Shown piece after piece: positions 62,328 to 64,000 of a stretch of 64,000 bases of DNA. The position numbers and the translations under genes are program-made. Under the pieces are notes generated by a model. The model was not told where the DNA came from. It was given only the letters and a program-made list of their open reading frames with translations, and ran no database searches. Numbering within the stretch: the first letter of the stretch is position 1; each line of letters starts with the position of its first letter. The stretch is from an uncultured Gemmatimonadales bacterium (GTDB lineage Bacteria; Gemmatimonadota; Gemmatimonadetes; Longimicrobiales; RSA9), in the NCBI GenBank assembly GCA_963816355.1, contig CAWFKH010000003.1:42456-106455 (forward strand). Direction: 5' to 3'.

Positions 62328-64000
62328 ATGCTCGGACTCGCCGCCCTCCTCGCCGCGACCGCGCTGCAGGCCCAGGTCCCGGTACGCCCGAGACCCTTCC
62401 CCCTCGCCCAGCGGACGCAGCCTGCCGCGATCACGACCGGTGTGATCCGCGGACAGGTGACGAGCGGGCTGAACGGCCCGCCGTTGCCCTTCGCGGGTGT
62501 CGAGGTCGTGGGCGCCGCCGGCGTCGGTGCCGTGACGGATGCGGCCGGCGTCTACTTCCTGGAGGGCGTTCCGGCGGGTCGCCAGAATGCTGCGCGTCAC
62601 GCACATCGGCCACGCTCCGCTGGAGGTGGAGGTCGACGTGCCGCCGGGCGGGCAGATGACGCTGAACGTCGCGCTCCGGCTGCGGCCGGTCTCGCTGCCG
62701 GGCGTGACGGCGCAGGCCGGGCGCGCGCCCGGCGTGCGCGACACCGTGGAGGTCACGCCGGCCGCCCTCGGCGAAGCGTCGGTGCGGGCGCTGGAGAGCA
62801 GCCCGGGCATGGTCGAGATCGGGCTGGCCAATGTCGTCGAGGGCACGAGCGGCCAGAATCCGATCGATCCCTCCGACGTGCTGTTCGTGCGTGGCGCCGC
62901 GGCGGACCTGAAGCGGGTCCTCCTCGACGGCGCCCCCGTCTACGCCCCGTTCCACCTCGGCGGGCTCGTCGCCCCGTTCGAAGCCGACCTGCTCTCCTCG
63001 GCGCGCCTCTACGTGGGTGGCGCACCCGCGCGCTACGACGGCGGCATCTCCTACATTCTGTACATGCAGACGCGGGGCCCGCGGGGCGACGGCGTGCACT
63101 CCGAGATCGACGTCGATCTGCTCTCGGCGCGCACCCGCATCGAGGGTCCGCTCGGCGACAGCGCCGGCTACCTGGTGAGCGGCCGCATCGTTCACGGCCT
63201 CGGCGCCAGCGGCTTCCACGTCGGCGCCTTCCCTTACGGCTACGCCGACGGCCTCGTCCGCCTGGACCGCCGCGTCCTCGGCCGCGGCATGATCACGGCC
63301 ACCGGCTTCGCCAACCGCGAGTCGGTGAGGCTGGAGGCGGCGGAAGCGGACCGCGGCGTCGCATACTGGGGCAATTACGCCGGCTCTGTCCGTTACGTCG
63401 GGCCGATCGGCGGCGCCGACGCGGAGCTCACCCTCGGGGCCGGCCGCTTCGACGCCGGTCTGCCGATCGTCGGCCAGCAGGACCTGTGGTCCGAAGGCGC
63501 GGCCACGCGCGTACATATGGCCGCCGATTTCACTCGCGTGGCCGGAGCCACCGCGGAGGTGGGCTACGGCTTCTCCTTCGAGCGGCAGTGGCTCGGCTAC
63601 CATGCGTGGTCGCGCGGGCCAGACCCCGATTCGCTGCTGCGCGAGAATCGCCTCACCGGCGACGTATCCGGCGGCTACTTCGACGCGTCGTGGCAGATGC
63701 TGCCGCGCGTGCGCGTCCGCGGCGGCGTGCGCCTCGACATCTTCTCCGCCGACCACGTCCCCTACATCGCCCCGCGCCTGCTTGCGACCTGGCTCCTCTC
63801 CGACGACGCGGCGCTCACGCTCGCCGTCGGCCGCTACCACCAGTACGTGCGCACGCCGGAATCCGTGATCACGGCGCCGGACGCGAGCGACTCCGCGAGC
63901 ACGCCCAGCTACGGCCCGAACCCCCTCCTCGCCGTCGCCGGCGCTTCCCACATCGTGCTCTCGCTCGACCAGCAGATCACGAGCGGCGTCCGCCTCGGCC
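62328..64000 (+). CDS. TonB-dependent receptor with N-terminal carboxypeptidase-regulatory-like domain; +1 frameshift near 62586; runs off the window
   Basis: Signal peptide, GVIRGQV..TDAAG.Y; after removing one A at 62586 the frame continues MLRVTHIGH..VRG..LLDGAPVY.PFHLGG..GGAPARYDG, then beta-barrel strands. Confidence 0.8.
   Translation, partial: MLGLAALLAATALQAQVPVRPRPFPLAQRTQPAAITTGVIRGQVTSGLNGPPLPFAGVEVVGAAGVGAVTDAAGVYFLEGVPAGRQNAARHAHRPRSAGGGGRRAAGRADDAERRAPAAAGLAAGRDGAGRARARRARHRGGHAGRPRRSVGAGAGEQPGHGRDRAGQCRRGHERPESDRSLRRAVRAWRRGGPEAGPPRRRPRLRPVPPRRARRPVRSRPALLGAPLRGWRTRALRRRHLLHSVHADAGPAGRRRALRDRRRSALGAHPHRGSARRQRRLPGERPHRSRPRRQRLPRRRLPLRLRRRPRPPGPPRPRPRHDHGHRLRQPRVGEAGGGGSGPRRRILGQLRRLCPLRRADRRRRRGAHPRGRPLRRRSADRRPAGPVVRRRGHARTYGRRFHSRGRSHRGGGLRLLLRAAVARLPCVVARARPRFAAARESPHRRRIRRLLRRVVADAAARARPRRRAPRHLLRRPRPLHRPAPACDLAPLRRRGAHARRRPLPPVRAHAGIRDHGAGRERLREHAQLRPEPPPRRRRRFPHRALARPADHERRPPR

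Overview
A very GC-rich bacterial chromosomal window. Gene content suggests Gemmatimonadota, but this is an inference. It is almost entirely core or lineage-typical genes: acnA, glycyl-tRNA synthetase, tRNA-Ala(TGC), mscL, polX-nth-yyaL, pfpI, tnaA-argR, argG-argH-carB, ggt, priA, queD, and an ECF sigma/anti-sigma/TonB-receptor module. I see no integrase, transposase, prophage, CRISPR array or recognisable defence system. The most interesting signals are: (1) recurring sigma-54-type -24/-12 promoters in front of stress and signalling genes, one followed by a strongly structured leader; (2) a catalytically altered PolX with an intact PHP domain next to nth; (3) an orphan protein with tandem LolA/ependymin-like motifs; (4) a small basic candidate nucleoid protein; (5) an orphan GvpF/L gene translationally coupled to priA; (6) an HNH gene with a probable AUC or leaderless start, plus several leaderless genes; (7) a decayed phosphodiesterase gene bracketed by related, inverted short tandem repeats at a sharp local GC-skew switch. 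All family calls come from reading motifs by eye; no database search was run.
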